DNA from: Candidatus Saccharimonas sp.
GTDB taxonomy: Bacteria > Patescibacteriota > Saccharimonadia > Saccharimonadales > Saccharimonadaceae
Length of the DNA: 32,000 nucleotides
Direction of reading: 5' to 3'
NCBI GenBank assembly: GCA_015256915.3
Contig: CP076101.2
Location: 540,001 to 572,000 of the forward strand
Made by a program: the position numbers and the translations under genes. Positions 18,122 through 26,871 of the stretch are shown in pieces. The notes beneath the pieces were generated by a model. That model was given only the letters and a program-made list of their open reading frames with translations, had not been told where the DNA came from and did not search any database. Each line of letters opens with the position of its first letter. Position 1 is the stretch's first letter.

Positions 18122-18151
18122 AAAAATGCCCAGTTTAACCTGAGCATTTTT
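18122..18151 (-). terminator. Terminator after dnaK
   Basis: aaaaatgc/gcattttt stem plus an inner cag/ctg pairing. On the minus strand it is followed by a T6 run. Confidence 0.55.
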
Positions 18152-18176
18152 ACTTTTCGAAAGGTGGATTTTCGAA

Positions 18177-20075
18177 TTATTTCTTATCAATAACTTCGCC
18201 TTCAACTGGCTCGTCATTATCTTTTTTGTGAGAAGTTTTAGCTTTATCGCCAGCTTCACTTGTATTATCTGCACTTTGAGCTTGATACAATTTTGCACCA
18301 ATTGGCATAATTGCATCTTGAAGATCTTTAGCAGCTTTCTCAAGCTCATCTTTACTCTCAGCATTTTGATGTTTTTTAGCCTCTTCAACAGCTTTCGAAA
18401 TTGCTTCTTCATCTTCTTTCGAAATCTTATCTTTGAATTCGCTTGGCATTTTTTCTGCTTGGTAAATAGCATTTTCGAGCTGATTTTTAGCATCAATCAA
18501 TTCGCGCTTCTTTTTATCTTCATCAGCGTGAAGTTCAGCTTCTTTTTGAGCCTTTTCAATATCTTCTTTACTCATATTTCCTGAGTTTTGAATTGTGATA
18601 TTATTCTCTTTACCGGTTCCTTTATCTTTAGCAGTAACCGTCAAAATTCCGTTTGCATCAATATTGAAAGTAACTTCAATTTGTGGAACTCCTCGTGGCG
18701 CTGGTGCAATTCCTGAAAGTACAAACATTCCAAGAGATTTATTGTCGGCAGCCATTTCACGCTCACCTTGAAGCACATGAATCTCAACTTGCGGCTGATT
18801 ATCAGCATAAGTTGAAAAAACTTGTGATTTCGAAGTTGGCACAGTCGTGTTTCGATCAATCATTGGAGTTCGAACACCACCAGCAGTTTCGATTCCAAGT
18901 GTCAAAGGTGTAACATCAAGAAGTAGCACATCTTTAACATCTCCAGCCAAAACACCACCTTGAATTGCAGCACCAACAGCTACAACCTCGTCAGGGTTAA
19001 CACCTTGAGTTGGTTTTTTACCAAAGATTTTTTCAACTTTTTCAACCACAGCTGGCATTCGGGTCATACCACCAACCATCACAACTTCAGCAATATCACT
19101 AGCTTTTAAGTTAGCATCACTCAAAGCTTTCTCGACAGGATCAGCTAATCGATCGATTAAATCAGCAACTAATTCTTCAAGTTTTGCTCGAGTTAGAGTG
19201 TACTCGAAGTGTTTTGGACCATCTTCATCAGCTGTCAAGAACGGTAAGTTCACTTCATAAGATGTTGTTGAAGAAAGCTCTTTTTTAGCTTTTTCAGCTT
19301 CGTCCTTCAAGCGCTGCATTGCAGCAGAATCATTTTTAAGATCGATTCCTTCTTCTTTCTTAAATTCGTCCAAAAAGTGGTTCACAATGCGGTTATCGAA
19401 GTCTTCACCACCAAGGTGTGTATCACCGTTTGTTGAAAGAACTTCAAACACACCATCAGCAATATCAAGAACTGAAACGTCGAATGTTCCACCACCAAGG
19501 TCGAAAACAGCAATTTTTTCATCTTTTTTACCGTCTAAGCCATAAGCAAGTGCGGCTGCAGTTGGCTCGTTAATAATTCGTTTTACTTCAAGACCAGCAA
19601 TTTTACCAGCATCTTTAGTTGCTTGGCGTTGACTATCATCAAAGTAAGCTGGAACGGTAATCACAGCTTCGGTAACTTTTTCGCCCAAGAAAGCTTCAGC
19701 ATCAGCTTTAATTTTCGAAAGAATCATCGCCGAAACTTCTTCTGGCGTATATTCTTTGTCACCCATTTTTACAGCAACGCCACTGCCTTTTTTCACAATC
19801 TCATAAGGCATGATTCCAAGATCTTTTTGGATCTCATCATCAGAATACTTTCGGCCAATCAAACGCTTTACTCCGTAAATTGTATTTTTTGGATTTGTTA
19901 CGCGCTGACGTTGTGCTACCTGCCCAACCAAACGATCACCTTTTTTATTGATTGCTACAACTGATGGTGTAGTTCGATTTCCTTCTGCGTTTGTAATAAC
20001 CTCAGGTTTTCCTGCAACCATATACGCAAAAGCGCTGTTAGTTGTACCAAGGTCAATTCCAATAATTTTTCCCAT
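18177..20075 (-). CDS. dnaK: Molecular chaperone DnaK (Hsp70)
   Basis: [17 protein letters not shown], and [12 protein letters not shown] motifs. Length is 632 aa, with a GAAGGAGA Shine-Dalgarno sequence. Confidence 0.97.
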   Translation of the reverse strand: MGKIIGIDLGTTNSAFAYMVAGKPEVITNAEGNRTTPSVVAINKKGDRLVGQVAQRQRVTNPKNTIYGVKRLIGRKYSDDEIQKDLGIMPYEIVKKGSGVAVKMGDKEYTPEEVSAMILSKIKADAEAFLGEKVTEAVITVPAYFDDSQRQATKDAGKIAGLEVKRIINEPTAAALAYGLDGKKDEKIAVFDLGGGTFDVSVLDIADGVFEVLSTNGDTHLGGEDFDNRIVNHFLDEFKKEEGIDLKNDSAAMQRLKDEAEKAKKELSSTTSYEVNLPFLTADEDGPKHFEYTLTRAKLEELVADLIDRLADPVEKALSDANLKASDIAEVVMVGGMTRMPAVVEKVEKIFGKKPTQGVNPDEVVAVGAAIQGGVLAGDVKDVLLLDVTPLTLGIETAGGVRTPMIDRNTTVPTSKSQVFSTYADNQPQVEIHVLQGEREMAADNKSLGMFVLSGIAPAPRGVPQIEVTFNIDANGILTVTAKDKGTGKENNITIQNSGNMSKEDIEKAQKEAELHADEDKKKRELIDAKNQLENAIYQAEKMPSEFKDKISKEDEEAISKAVEEAKKHQNAESKDELEKAAKDLQDAIMPIGAKLYQAQSADNTSEAGDKAKTSHKKDNDEPVEGEVIDKK

Positions 20076-20229
20076 TTTCTCCTTCTTTCTTTATTAAATT
20101 TATCTGTTCAATAGCTTTCCTAGTCAATCTCGAATCTCTTAGCCTATTCGGATTTTTCAGAAAGTTTCTCGAAAGTTATTAACTATTCTATAAAGCGCGC
20201 CTCGCAATTCGTTTCACGCTTATATTTTG

Positions 20230-20258
20230 ATTATACGCTTTTAGCACTCACAAGTCAA
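20230..20258 (-). promoter_or_regulatory. dnaK promoter with its -35 box inside the CIRCE spacer
   Basis: Minus strand: TTGACT (20258-20253), a 17-nt spacer, then TATAAT (20235-20230). Confidence 0.6.
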
Positions 20259-20267
20259 GAGTGCTAA
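20241..20267. promoter_or_regulatory. CIRCE operator upstream of dnaK (perfect consensus)
   Basis: TTAGCACTC-ACAAGTCAA-GAGTGCTAA. Confidence 0.95.
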
Positions 20268-20305
20268 TGTTGTATTATTTACAATGTTAATGTAAAAATA
20301 GCCTC

Positions 20306-20334
20306 TTGACATACTCAAAATAATATAGTATAAT
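20306..20334 (+). promoter_or_regulatory. Perfect-consensus sigma70 promoter, divergent from dnaK
   Basis: TTGACA (20306-20311), a 17-nt spacer, then TATAAT (20329-20334). Confidence 0.7.
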
Positions 20335-20387
20335 TGGTACATATAAGTCGGAGTCCTAAGAATTGGAATGTTGACAGTTCTTTCACA

Positions 20388-20451
20388 AAATTTTCTTTCG
20401 AAGATTAAATTTATTTAAAGATAACTGAATTTGGCCTTCGAAAGAAAATTT
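20388..20451 (+). promoter_or_regulatory. Structured 5' leader: perfect 16-bp inverted repeat with a 32-nt loop
   Basis: aaattttctttcgaag (20388-20403) pairs with cttcgaaagaaaattt (20436-20451). It ends about 13 nt before the AAAGGAGA Shine-Dalgarno sequence (starting 20464) of the zinc-ribbon ORF. Confidence 0.5.
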
Positions 20452-20477
20452 CGAAATAATAGAAAGGAGACAAAGTG

Positions 20478-20642
20478 ATGCATAAGTTCCCTTGTCCAAA
20501 GTGCGGAGCAGGCGATATAAAAATTTCACCTGCTACAATTTCCGGACCAGACTTATTCACAGCTTCTTACGGGTTTACGAAATATAATTATACCTGTAAT
20601 AGCTGCGGTAGCTCTGGCTATCACTGGGTAGACCCTTCTTAA
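20478..20642 (+). CDS. Small zinc-ribbon protein (54 aa; below the ORF-track cutoff)
   Basis: MHKFPCPKCGAGDIKISPATISGPDLFTASYGFTKYNYTCNSCGSSGYHWVDPS has CPKC and CNSC pairs. It has an AAAGGAGA Shine-Dalgarno sequence, its own promoter, and a strong terminator. Confidence 0.6.
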   Translation: MHKFPCPKCGAGDIKISPATISGPDLFTASYGFTKYNYTCNSCGSSGYHWVDPS

Positions 20643-20670
20643 ATCTCATCATAAAATGATGAGATTTTTC
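20643..20670. terminator. Strong terminator between the zinc-ribbon ORF and convergent xfp
   Basis: atctcatcat-aaa-atgatgagat is a perfect 10-bp stem followed by TTTTTCTTTTT. Confidence 0.8.
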
Positions 20671-20691
20671 TTTTTAATACTGTATTTTCAA

Positions 20692-23058
20692 TCAATTAGA
20701 AAAACTCGAATACTCCCAATCCTCAATCTCTGGCGCATCTACTGAATTTTCTCGCGCAAAGTGTAAATCATCATTTTGGCGTTTTTGATATTCTATTGCA
20801 AGTTTTTCAAAAACTTCAGCGCCTTTATTAACCAAATTTAAGGCCCTCACTGCAATATCATATCGCGACACCCTATTTCTCGCTAACATATCAAAAGGTG
20901 TTGTTGTTGAGCCTTTTTCTTCATATCCATTAATTTGAATACGTGCTGGATTTTCATAATCAAATAAAATCGATTTGAGAGTTTTAGCATATCCATGAAA
21001 AGTAAATATAACCGGCTTATCTTTGGTAAAAATCTTCACAAAAATGCTTTTCGAAAGTGTATTTTCGAAAGTTCCAATTCCTTTTCCGCAAAGTGCTTGA
21101 GTATAAACCAAGCGAATTTTAACTTGCGGTACATCATGAAGTAAAACTTGGAGCGCCGCAACTGTTTCCTTAAAAACATAATCACCACTTGCCGCCAAAA
21201 TTAAATCTGGCTCATCATCTTCTGTAATTAAATTCCAATCTGTAATTTCCTGATTCTTCCAAGAATCAAAAACAAATATTCCGCCATTTTCAAGCTGTTT
21301 TTGTGCACTTTCAAGAGAAAAATATCTTGGTTCAGGCGTTTTTCCTGCAACCAAAACGTTAATATTATTTCGGGATTTTAGCATTTTCGAAATCGCTACA
21401 ACTGCTGAATTATCGTCTGCTGGCAAAAAAATCTGCCCGATTCCATTTTCACGGCGTAAAACTTCATCAATAAAACTTGGATTTTGGTGCGAAAATCCAT
21501 TGTGGTCTTGCCGCCAACCAGTTGAAGTTAAAATATAGTTTAAACTTGCCAGATCACCTCGCCATTTTACTTCTTTAGATTGAGCTAAGAACTTCGCGTA
21601 TTGATCCATCATTGAAGAAATAATCGGTGCAAAGGCTTCATAAGAAGTTAAAACTCCGTGTCGCCCTGTTAAAATATAGCCCTGCAAAAGCCCCTGTAAG
21701 GAATGCTCACTCAAAATTTCCGTCACGCGACCGTTTTTCGCCAAATCTTTTTCCCACGGTTTAATTTCTCGCTGCCAAGAACGTGAAGTTACTTTAAAAA
21801 TAGCATCTAATTTATTTGAATAAGTTTCATCAGGACTAAAGAAGCGGAAGTTCTCTGGATTTTTTTTGAAAACTTCTTTCAAAAAATCGCCAACTGCATT
21901 CATTGTGAGTGATTTTTCACTTATTCTTTCACGAATTTCTGGCAATCTTAATTCTGCAAAATTCAAATTTGCATCAACAAAACGATTTTGCCCAATTCTG
22001 CTTGATTTTTCCGGTAAAAAATCATCAAGCCAAGGCTTAAATTCACCTTTTTCAAAATCAAAAAGCTCTTCGAATTTATAAGATTTCAACCATTCTTCAA
22101 GTTTTTTAAGCTCTTTTTCATCGCTCTTGGCATTTAAAAGCGGAACTTGATGAGCAAGCGAATTTCCTTCGATTTTTTCACCATTATTTTCAGCAACACC
22201 GGAGCTTCCCTTTTTGCTTCGCATAATAATCATTGGTAGCCGCACAAAACCGTTTTTTCGGCCAAATTTTATTCGTGAAATATCTCGAAAAGCACTCGAA
22301 AAAACTTTCGAAAGTTCAAAATCGAAATCTTCGGCAGAATATTCATCAACAATTTTTGGTTCCCAGCCCGCTCCGTGAAAAAATTGAATCAATTCAAAGT
22401 CACTCATCGAGCCAAAGATTGTCGGACCAGAAATTTTATAACCATTCAAATGTAAAATAGGCAAAACTACTCCATTTTCAACTGGATTTATTAATTTATT
22501 TAAATGCCAAGCTGCAGCAATTGGGCCAGTTTCAGCCTCGCCATCACCAATTAAAGTGGTCATTACAAGATTCGGGTTATCCAAAACCGCCCCAAAAGCA
22601 GTTGAGAGCGAATAACCAAGCTCACCGCCTTCAAGAATTACACCTGGTGTAAAAGGGCTTGCATGCGATGGGAAACCACCTGGCCAAGAAAAGTTTTTCG
22701 AAATATAAGCAATGCCTTGTAAATTTCGAACTGCATTTTTATCGATCTTAGAAAGAGTTTCTTCAATAAAAAGATTTGCTTGAAGTGCTGGAAAAGCATG
22801 GCCAGGCCCAAGCATAAATGCTGTCTTCAAGCCGCTTTTAGCAAAATCAAGCTGTTTTTGAATATTTAAAAGATGAGCGTAAACATGATTTACACCGGGG
22901 CAGCTACCCCAATGACCAAGAAGGCGTGGTTTAATATCATCAAATTTCAGCTCTCGCTCTAATAAAAAATTGTCTTGCAAAAAAATTTGCGAAACCGTTA
23001 AATAATTCGCCGCACGAATAAACTTTTTAATATTTTTAAGATTTTGCCCACTATTCAT
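20692..23058 (-). CDS. xfp: Xylulose-5-phosphate/fructose-6-phosphate phosphoketolase
   Basis: The 788-aa product has the phosphoketolase N-terminal signature (ANYLTVSQIFLQDNFLL, KPRLLGHWGSCPG) and TPP-binding GDGEAETGP. Confidence 0.9.
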   Translation of the reverse strand: MNSGQNLKNIKKFIRAANYLTVSQIFLQDNFLLERELKFDDIKPRLLGHWGSCPGVNHVYAHLLNIQKQLDFAKSGLKTAFMLGPGHAFPALQANLFIEETLSKIDKNAVRNLQGIAYISKNFSWPGGFPSHASPFTPGVILEGGELGYSLSTAFGAVLDNPNLVMTTLIGDGEAETGPIAAAWHLNKLINPVENGVVLPILHLNGYKISGPTIFGSMSDFELIQFFHGAGWEPKIVDEYSAEDFDFELSKVFSSAFRDISRIKFGRKNGFVRLPMIIMRSKKGSSGVAENNGEKIEGNSLAHQVPLLNAKSDEKELKKLEEWLKSYKFEELFDFEKGEFKPWLDDFLPEKSSRIGQNRFVDANLNFAELRLPEIRERISEKSLTMNAVGDFLKEVFKKNPENFRFFSPDETYSNKLDAIFKVTSRSWQREIKPWEKDLAKNGRVTEILSEHSLQGLLQGYILTGRHGVLTSYEAFAPIISSMMDQYAKFLAQSKEVKWRGDLASLNYILTSTGWRQDHNGFSHQNPSFIDEVLRRENGIGQIFLPADDNSAVVAISKMLKSRNNINVLVAGKTPEPRYFSLESAQKQLENGGIFVFDSWKNQEITDWNLITEDDEPDLILAASGDYVFKETVAALQVLLHDVPQVKIRLVYTQALCGKGIGTFENTLSKSIFVKIFTKDKPVIFTFHGYAKTLKSILFDYENPARIQINGYEEKGSTTTPFDMLARNRVSRYDIAVRALNLVNKGAEVFEKLAIEYQKRQNDDLHFARENSVDAPEIEDWEYSSFSN

Positions 23059-23104
23059 ACGTTATATTTTATCATATTTATGCTTAATTTTAAAGTTTTT
23101 TAAA

Positions 23105-23239
23105 ATTAAAAACCGCCTAATACTAGACGGTTTTAAGGACGAATCCTATGACTAAACAAAAAGTACAGACTCTAGTTTTTATATTATTATGCTAACCCGC
23201 GAGTCCCAACCTTCTAAAATAAGGCGAAACGGGTTAACA
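23105..23239 (-). ncRNA. Candidate ~135-nt small RNA or cis-leader between grpE and xfp (family unknown)
   Basis: It is bounded by the promoter at 23246-23274 and the hairpin aaaaccg/cggtttt plus T-run (23109-23134). It has a 9-bp P1 helix GUUAACCCG/CGGGUUAGC (23238-23230 with 23199-23191) and an AGGA-UUCG-UCCU tetraloop hairpin (23136-23147). Confidence 0.35.
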
Positions 23240-23245
23240 TACACA

Positions 23246-23274
23246 ATAATATCATATTACCAAGAATATGTCAA
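23246..23274 (-). promoter_or_regulatory. Promoter of the candidate sRNA/leader
   Basis: Minus strand: TTGACA (23274-23269), a 17-nt spacer, then TATTAT (23251-23246), preceded by TGA. Confidence 0.6.
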
Positions 23275-23283
23275 CAAATAAAA

Positions 23284-23811
23284 CTACTTTCGCCCAACTT
23301 TTACCATTGCTGCTCGTAAAACTTCACCCTTTAAAGTATAACCTGCTCGAAGCTCTTCAACAATAATTTCTTCTTCTCCTTCCGATTCTTCGTCGAACTG
23401 AATCGCTTCATGGAGTTCCGGATTAAAAGTAACACCTTTCGAAGAATTAATCTTTTCAACTCCAAGTTTTGAAAGATTTTTTTCCAAATTTTTGCTCATT
23501 TTTACAACATTTTGCGCCCAAGAATTTTCTGCCAATTCTGTTGGTAAATGTGAAATTGCGCGCTCAATATCATCAATCATCGGAATCAATGCCAAAATTG
23601 CCTTTTTCTCGCCCAAATTTTGCGCATTCGAAATTCGGCCCTCAACGTTTTTGCGATAATTTTCAAAATCAGCACGCGTACGCTGCAAATCATTTTTTAG
23701 TTCTGAGTTCTCTGCTTGAAGCTTTTCGCACTTTGAATCTTTTTTAAAAAATCCTGATTGCTTCTTATCTTTTACACTATCTTGATTTTTCAATACATTA
23801 TTTTCTTCCAT
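23284..23811 (-). CDS. grpE: Nucleotide exchange factor GrpE
   Basis: LQRTRADFENYRKN, a C-terminal beta domain (GYTLKGEVLRAAMVKV), and position directly downstream of hrcA. Confidence 0.9.
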   Translation of the reverse strand: MEENNVLKNQDSVKDKKQSGFFKKDSKCEKLQAENSELKNDLQRTRADFENYRKNVEGRISNAQNLGEKKAILALIPMIDDIERAISHLPTELAENSWAQNVVKMSKNLEKNLSKLGVEKINSSKGVTFNPELHEAIQFDEESEGEEEIIVEELRAGYTLKGEVLRAAMVKVGRK

Positions 23812-23826
23812 CTTTTCCTCCTTAAA

Positions 23827-24570
23827 CTACAATATCTCTTCTAAAAATTCACCTGTCTTTTGAACCAATCGTACCACTTTTCCGTAATTTTGACGAGTTG
23901 GTCCAAGCACACCAATGTAAGAATTTTCCGAAAATGGGCTTTCGAATTTTGAAATAATCAAACTCGCACCAGAACTTTTACCAATTGGATTCTCGCTGCC
24001 AATATAAACATTGAGCGGTTCATTTGGGGTAACTTCACGAAGCCATGGTTCAAGATTATCAAGAAGCTGTGCAACAGATTGGACCGCTTCACCACTTTCA
24101 AATTCAGGCTGAGAAAAAAGATTATAAATTCCATTAATGTAAAGTTGATCGCCAATTGTAGCAAGACCAAGATTACCAGTAAGTTCAACTAAAGAATCTA
24201 CAGCTGAACGAATTGCATGGTCGGCGCGGTCATTCTGAGCTGAAACTCGTGAAGAAATTGCCCGAAATCCGCGTAAGCTATCTTTCGAATTATTAGCGTT
24301 TAGTAAAATTTGTTCATCTTCGCCCTCGCTTTGAGCAGTTAAACGGTTTACATAGAAACGATAACCTTTATCGGTTGGAATTCGCCCGGCAGAAGTGTGT
24401 GGTTGTGTAATTAAACCAAGATCTTCAAGTTTTGCCATTTCAGAACGAATTGTCGCACTTGAAACATTAAAAAGCTTCGCCAAAGTAACACTACCAACCG
24501 GGCTGGCAACTTCGGCATATTGCTCAATAATTGCTACCAAAATTTGCGTTTGTCGTGGTGTAATATTCAT
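23827..24570 (-). CDS. hrcA: Heat-inducible transcription repressor HrcA (short, 247 aa)
   Basis: N-terminal wHTH (TPRQTQILVAIIEQYAEVASPVGSVTLAKLFNVSSATIRSEMAKLEDLGLITQPHTSAGRIPTDKGYRFYV), with a CIRCE operator upstream. Confidence 0.9.
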   Translation of the reverse strand: MNITPRQTQILVAIIEQYAEVASPVGSVTLAKLFNVSSATIRSEMAKLEDLGLITQPHTSAGRIPTDKGYRFYVNRLTAQSEGEDEQILLNANNSKDSLRGFRAISSRVSAQNDRADHAIRSAVDSLVELTGNLGLATIGDQLYINGIYNLFSQPEFESGEAVQSVAQLLDNLEPWLREVTPNEPLNVYIGSENPIGKSSGASLIISKFESPFSENSYIGVLGPTRQNYGKVVRLVQKTGEFLEEIL

Positions 24571-24589
24571 ATTTTAAGTTTAGCACAAA

Positions 24590-24616
24590 TTAGCACTTAG
24601 GTCAATAGAGTGCTAA
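24590..24616. promoter_or_regulatory. CIRCE operator upstream of hrcA
   Basis: TTAGCACTT-AGGTCAATA-GAGTGCTAA. An extra half-site, TTAGCAC, lies at 24580-24586. Confidence 0.9.
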
Positions 24617-24786
24617 TTCTATATTTTTAGTATCATATTTCCAAAATATCTCTAAAAATATTTGACTTTTTATCTTTTACATACAGTTACAGAATATTAA
24701 TAAACTCAAAAATAGATAAAGATAAAGCGATACTCTGCAGACTATAACTCTTCTAAGCCCGCAAAAATACAGGCTTTTCTTTTAGT

Positions 24787-25515
24787 CTACTTTGATAATT
24801 CTAAGAATTTAGCTTTAATATCTTCCAAAAGTTTTCTTGCTCGCACACGCACTTCAATATCTTTATAGTTAAATTCAACATCTTGGTGCATAATTTGGTT
24901 AATAATTCGCGCCGTGTTTCGAAAATCATCATTCAAAATAAAGTGAAAATATGGTACTTCGAGCGCCTGCTCTAATGAAGAAATCGCTTCTGGCAAACGT
25001 TTTTCGAAATCTTTTTCGAATTCTTCTGCATTTGAATATCGGTTTGCAAAACGTGCTCGCCAAGTTTCGAAATCTGGTGGCAAAATAAAAACCGCAACCA
25101 CTCGCTCGCTCATTTTTTTATATTCTGCAATTCCTTGTATATCAATATCCGTTACGGAAATCTGCCCGTTTTGGTTCGCTTTTTCAATCTCTACAACACT
25201 TGTACCATAAATCCTATCGTGAACAAATTTCGCCTCAATAAACTCACGTTTATTAAGCATTTCTTCAGCCTTTTCAATCGAAATAAAATTGTAGTCAATA
25301 CCATTTTGTTCAATTTTGCCATTATTTTCACGAGGCTGGCGCGTTGTGTGGCTGACAATATCACGATATTCTTCATTTTTTAAAAGATGTTTCTTGGTTG
25401 TATCTTTTCCTGCGCCAGAAATTCCCGCAAGTAGTAAAATGCGAGAATTTTCAACTAAAGTAATAGCTTCAGGTGGCGTTTGATAGTTTTTTACAAGAAA
25501 TTCAAGGTTATTCAT
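24787..25515 (-). CDS. gmk: Guanylate kinase family protein (with N- and C-terminal extensions)
   Basis: P-loop GISGAGKDT, SHTTRQPRENNGKIEQNGIDYNFIS, YGTS, and DIDIQG. Length is 242 aa. Confidence 0.75.
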   Translation of the reverse strand: MNNLEFLVKNYQTPPEAITLVENSRILLLAGISGAGKDTTKKHLLKNEEYRDIVSHTTRQPRENNGKIEQNGIDYNFISIEKAEEMLNKREFIEAKFVHDRIYGTSVVEIEKANQNGQISVTDIDIQGIAEYKKMSERVVAVFILPPDFETWRARFANRYSNAEEFEKDFEKRLPEAISSLEQALEVPYFHFILNDDFRNTARIINQIMHQDVEFNYKDIEVRVRARKLLEDIKAKFLELSK

Positions 25516-25527
25516 ATTAAAATTATA

Positions 25528-26106
25528 CTATATTTTCTGAATTTCGTCAAAAATTTCCTGCTCAGAAATTTCATTTAATTTTCGGTTTTTTATAATTTTC
25601 GAAATAATTTTAGCTGCAAAAAATCCAAGAAAATTCTGCTCAATTTTATTTTCACCATTCATATATTTATCAAAATCATAATTTTCAGCATTTTTAGAAA
25701 ATTCCAAGAAATCTTTTTTAATCTCTGGTGAAAGTTTAATATTTTTCGAAATTCCAGCCAAATAAAATCCTCCACCAACCGCCAAGATATCCATTAAAAA
25801 TTCGTTTTTAAAATTTAATTTCCGCAAATTTTCACTCGTAACAGCTCGAATTATCGCGTTTCGAATATCAATATTGCGAATATCTCTAAAAACTTCGCAA
25901 ATCTCAAAAGCAGCATGATTTTGCCTTCTATAAAAATCAATTCCATCATCAGAATAAGTCCAAATTTTTCGACAAAAAACCAAATCGTAACCTTTATTTT
26001 CACCAAATTGTGGTCGTAAAATTCGTAACGCTTGCCTATAACTTGAGCGCAATTTCTTGCGGAAAACTTTATTATTTTTAAAATTTCCCAAAATTATTTT
26101 TCGCAT
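25528..26106 (-). CDS. Hypothetical protein (192 aa)
   Basis: ORF whose 5' end overlaps the upstream gene by 13 nt and which ends 12 nt before gmk. No motif is recognised. Confidence 0.45.
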   Translation of the reverse strand: MRKIILGNFKNNKVFRKKLRSSYRQALRILRPQFGENKGYDLVFCRKIWTYSDDGIDFYRRQNHAAFEICEVFRDIRNIDIRNAIIRAVTSENLRKLNFKNEFLMDILAVGGGFYLAGISKNIKLSPEIKKDFLEFSKNAENYDFDKYMNGENKIEQNFLGFFAAKIISKIIKNRKLNEISEQEIFDEIQKI

Positions 26107-26777
26107 TTTAAAATCTCCTTTTTGGCAAATTTAATAAATTCCATTGTTGGAATTCGTACAGCTTCGATCGGTTTAATCTTATGAAATTTGCAATATTCGC
26201 CAACCAAAAAATCACCAATTTTATAGCCCAAATTGTGCGGAAAATCAGGATTTTCACCATTAAAATTATATAGCCATGCATTATAATTATAGTCTTTTTT
26301 ATTTTCGCAAATATCAATTGCTTCAGCAAGCCGCTTTAAGATCATCGCCTTTTCGTTTTCGAAATAGTAAAACGGCTTGTCTTTCCAGAAAATGCCAGTT
26401 TCAGTTCTAACTTGTTTCTCAAAACTTACCGCTAAACCCTCAGTAACAATATCCACCATTAACCAAAAATTACGTTCATAAAAACCTCGAAATACATGAT
26501 TTAATTCGTGAAAAATATTCTGAACAAAGTCTGCTTCAGAAAAATCATCTTCAAAGATTACAAACTCCATAAAATTATCTTTAAGCTGAGCAATACCCCA
26601 AACTTTTTGGTTTTTACTTATCTCTGGGTTAGCCTTTTGAGCATGTGAAAAATAAATATCTACATCACTCATTTTTGGAAAATATTGCAAAAAAGCATTA
26701 TTATATTTTTCAAAATAATTATGAATTTTAGTTTTTAGCGAATTACTTATATCAGAATTAAAAATTAAATTAAACAT
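26094..26777 (-). CDS. Predicted Zn-dependent peptidase (DUF2268-like; HExxH)
   Basis: FHELNHVFRG (HExxH) followed by VTEGLAVSF. I prefer the ATG at 26777; the ORF track starts at a TTG at 26837. Confidence 0.55.
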   Translation of the reverse strand: MFNLIFNSDISNSLKTKIHNYFEKYNNAFLQYFPKMSDVDIYFSHAQKANPEISKNQKVWGIAQLKDNFMEFVIFEDDFSEADFVQNIFHELNHVFRGFYERNFWLMVDIVTEGLAVSFEKQVRTETGIFWKDKPFYYFENEKAMILKRLAEAIDICENKKDYNYNAWLYNFNGENPDFPHNLGYKIGDFLVGEYCKFHKIKPIEAVRIPTMEFIKFAKKEILKCEK

Positions 26778-26796
26778 GTTTTTACCTATAAAAATA

Positions 26797-26810
26797 GGGG
26801 CTTTTGCCCC
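26797..26810 (-). terminator. Short GC hairpin terminator/attenuator between the 28-aa ORF and the peptidase gene
   Basis: Minus strand: GGGGC-AAAA-GCCCC followed by TATTTTTAT. Confidence 0.45.
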
Positions 26811-26871
26811 AGATACGGAAAGAGTTTCAACTTTCAATTTTTACTGTACTTATAAAGCAGCTAAACTTATT

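Noticed and set aside
18032-18584. Track ORFs antisense to or overlapping dnaK (18032-18496, 18228-18584, 18641-18859, 18683-18913, 19623-19964). Similar shadow ORFs lie inside other genes (272-520, 5995-6186, 7347-7631, 7724-8065, 10547-10783, 12075-12603, 16101-16893, 21866-22460, 23469-23747, 23958-24188, 25135-25383, 26108-26329, 28694-28945, 30005-30187).
   Set aside because: They lie entirely within well-supported conserved genes, have low-complexity or odd composition, and lack start signals. They are typical shadow ORFs of AT-rich DNA.
23148-23195. A 15-aa hydrophobic plus-strand ORF (MTKQKVQTLVFILLC, with an AAGGA Shine-Dalgarno sequence) antisense to the candidate sRNA, which could be a type I toxin-antitoxin pair.
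   Set aside because: It is shorter than known type I toxins. There is no convincing plus-strand promoter, and a terminator-like hairpin sits just upstream of its Shine-Dalgarno sequence. The idea is speculative, so I mention it only as an alternative.
6405-25020. Closely spaced pairs of TTCGAA within about 20 nt (e.g. 6413/6425, 7119/7131, 8991/8999, 13459/13467, 16717/16731, 18156/18171, 20437/20450, 21049/21065, 24999/25015), considered as a dimeric or bipartite site.
   Set aside because: About 9-10 pairs are observed against roughly 6-7 expected from the overall site density alone. That is not clearly more than chance clustering.
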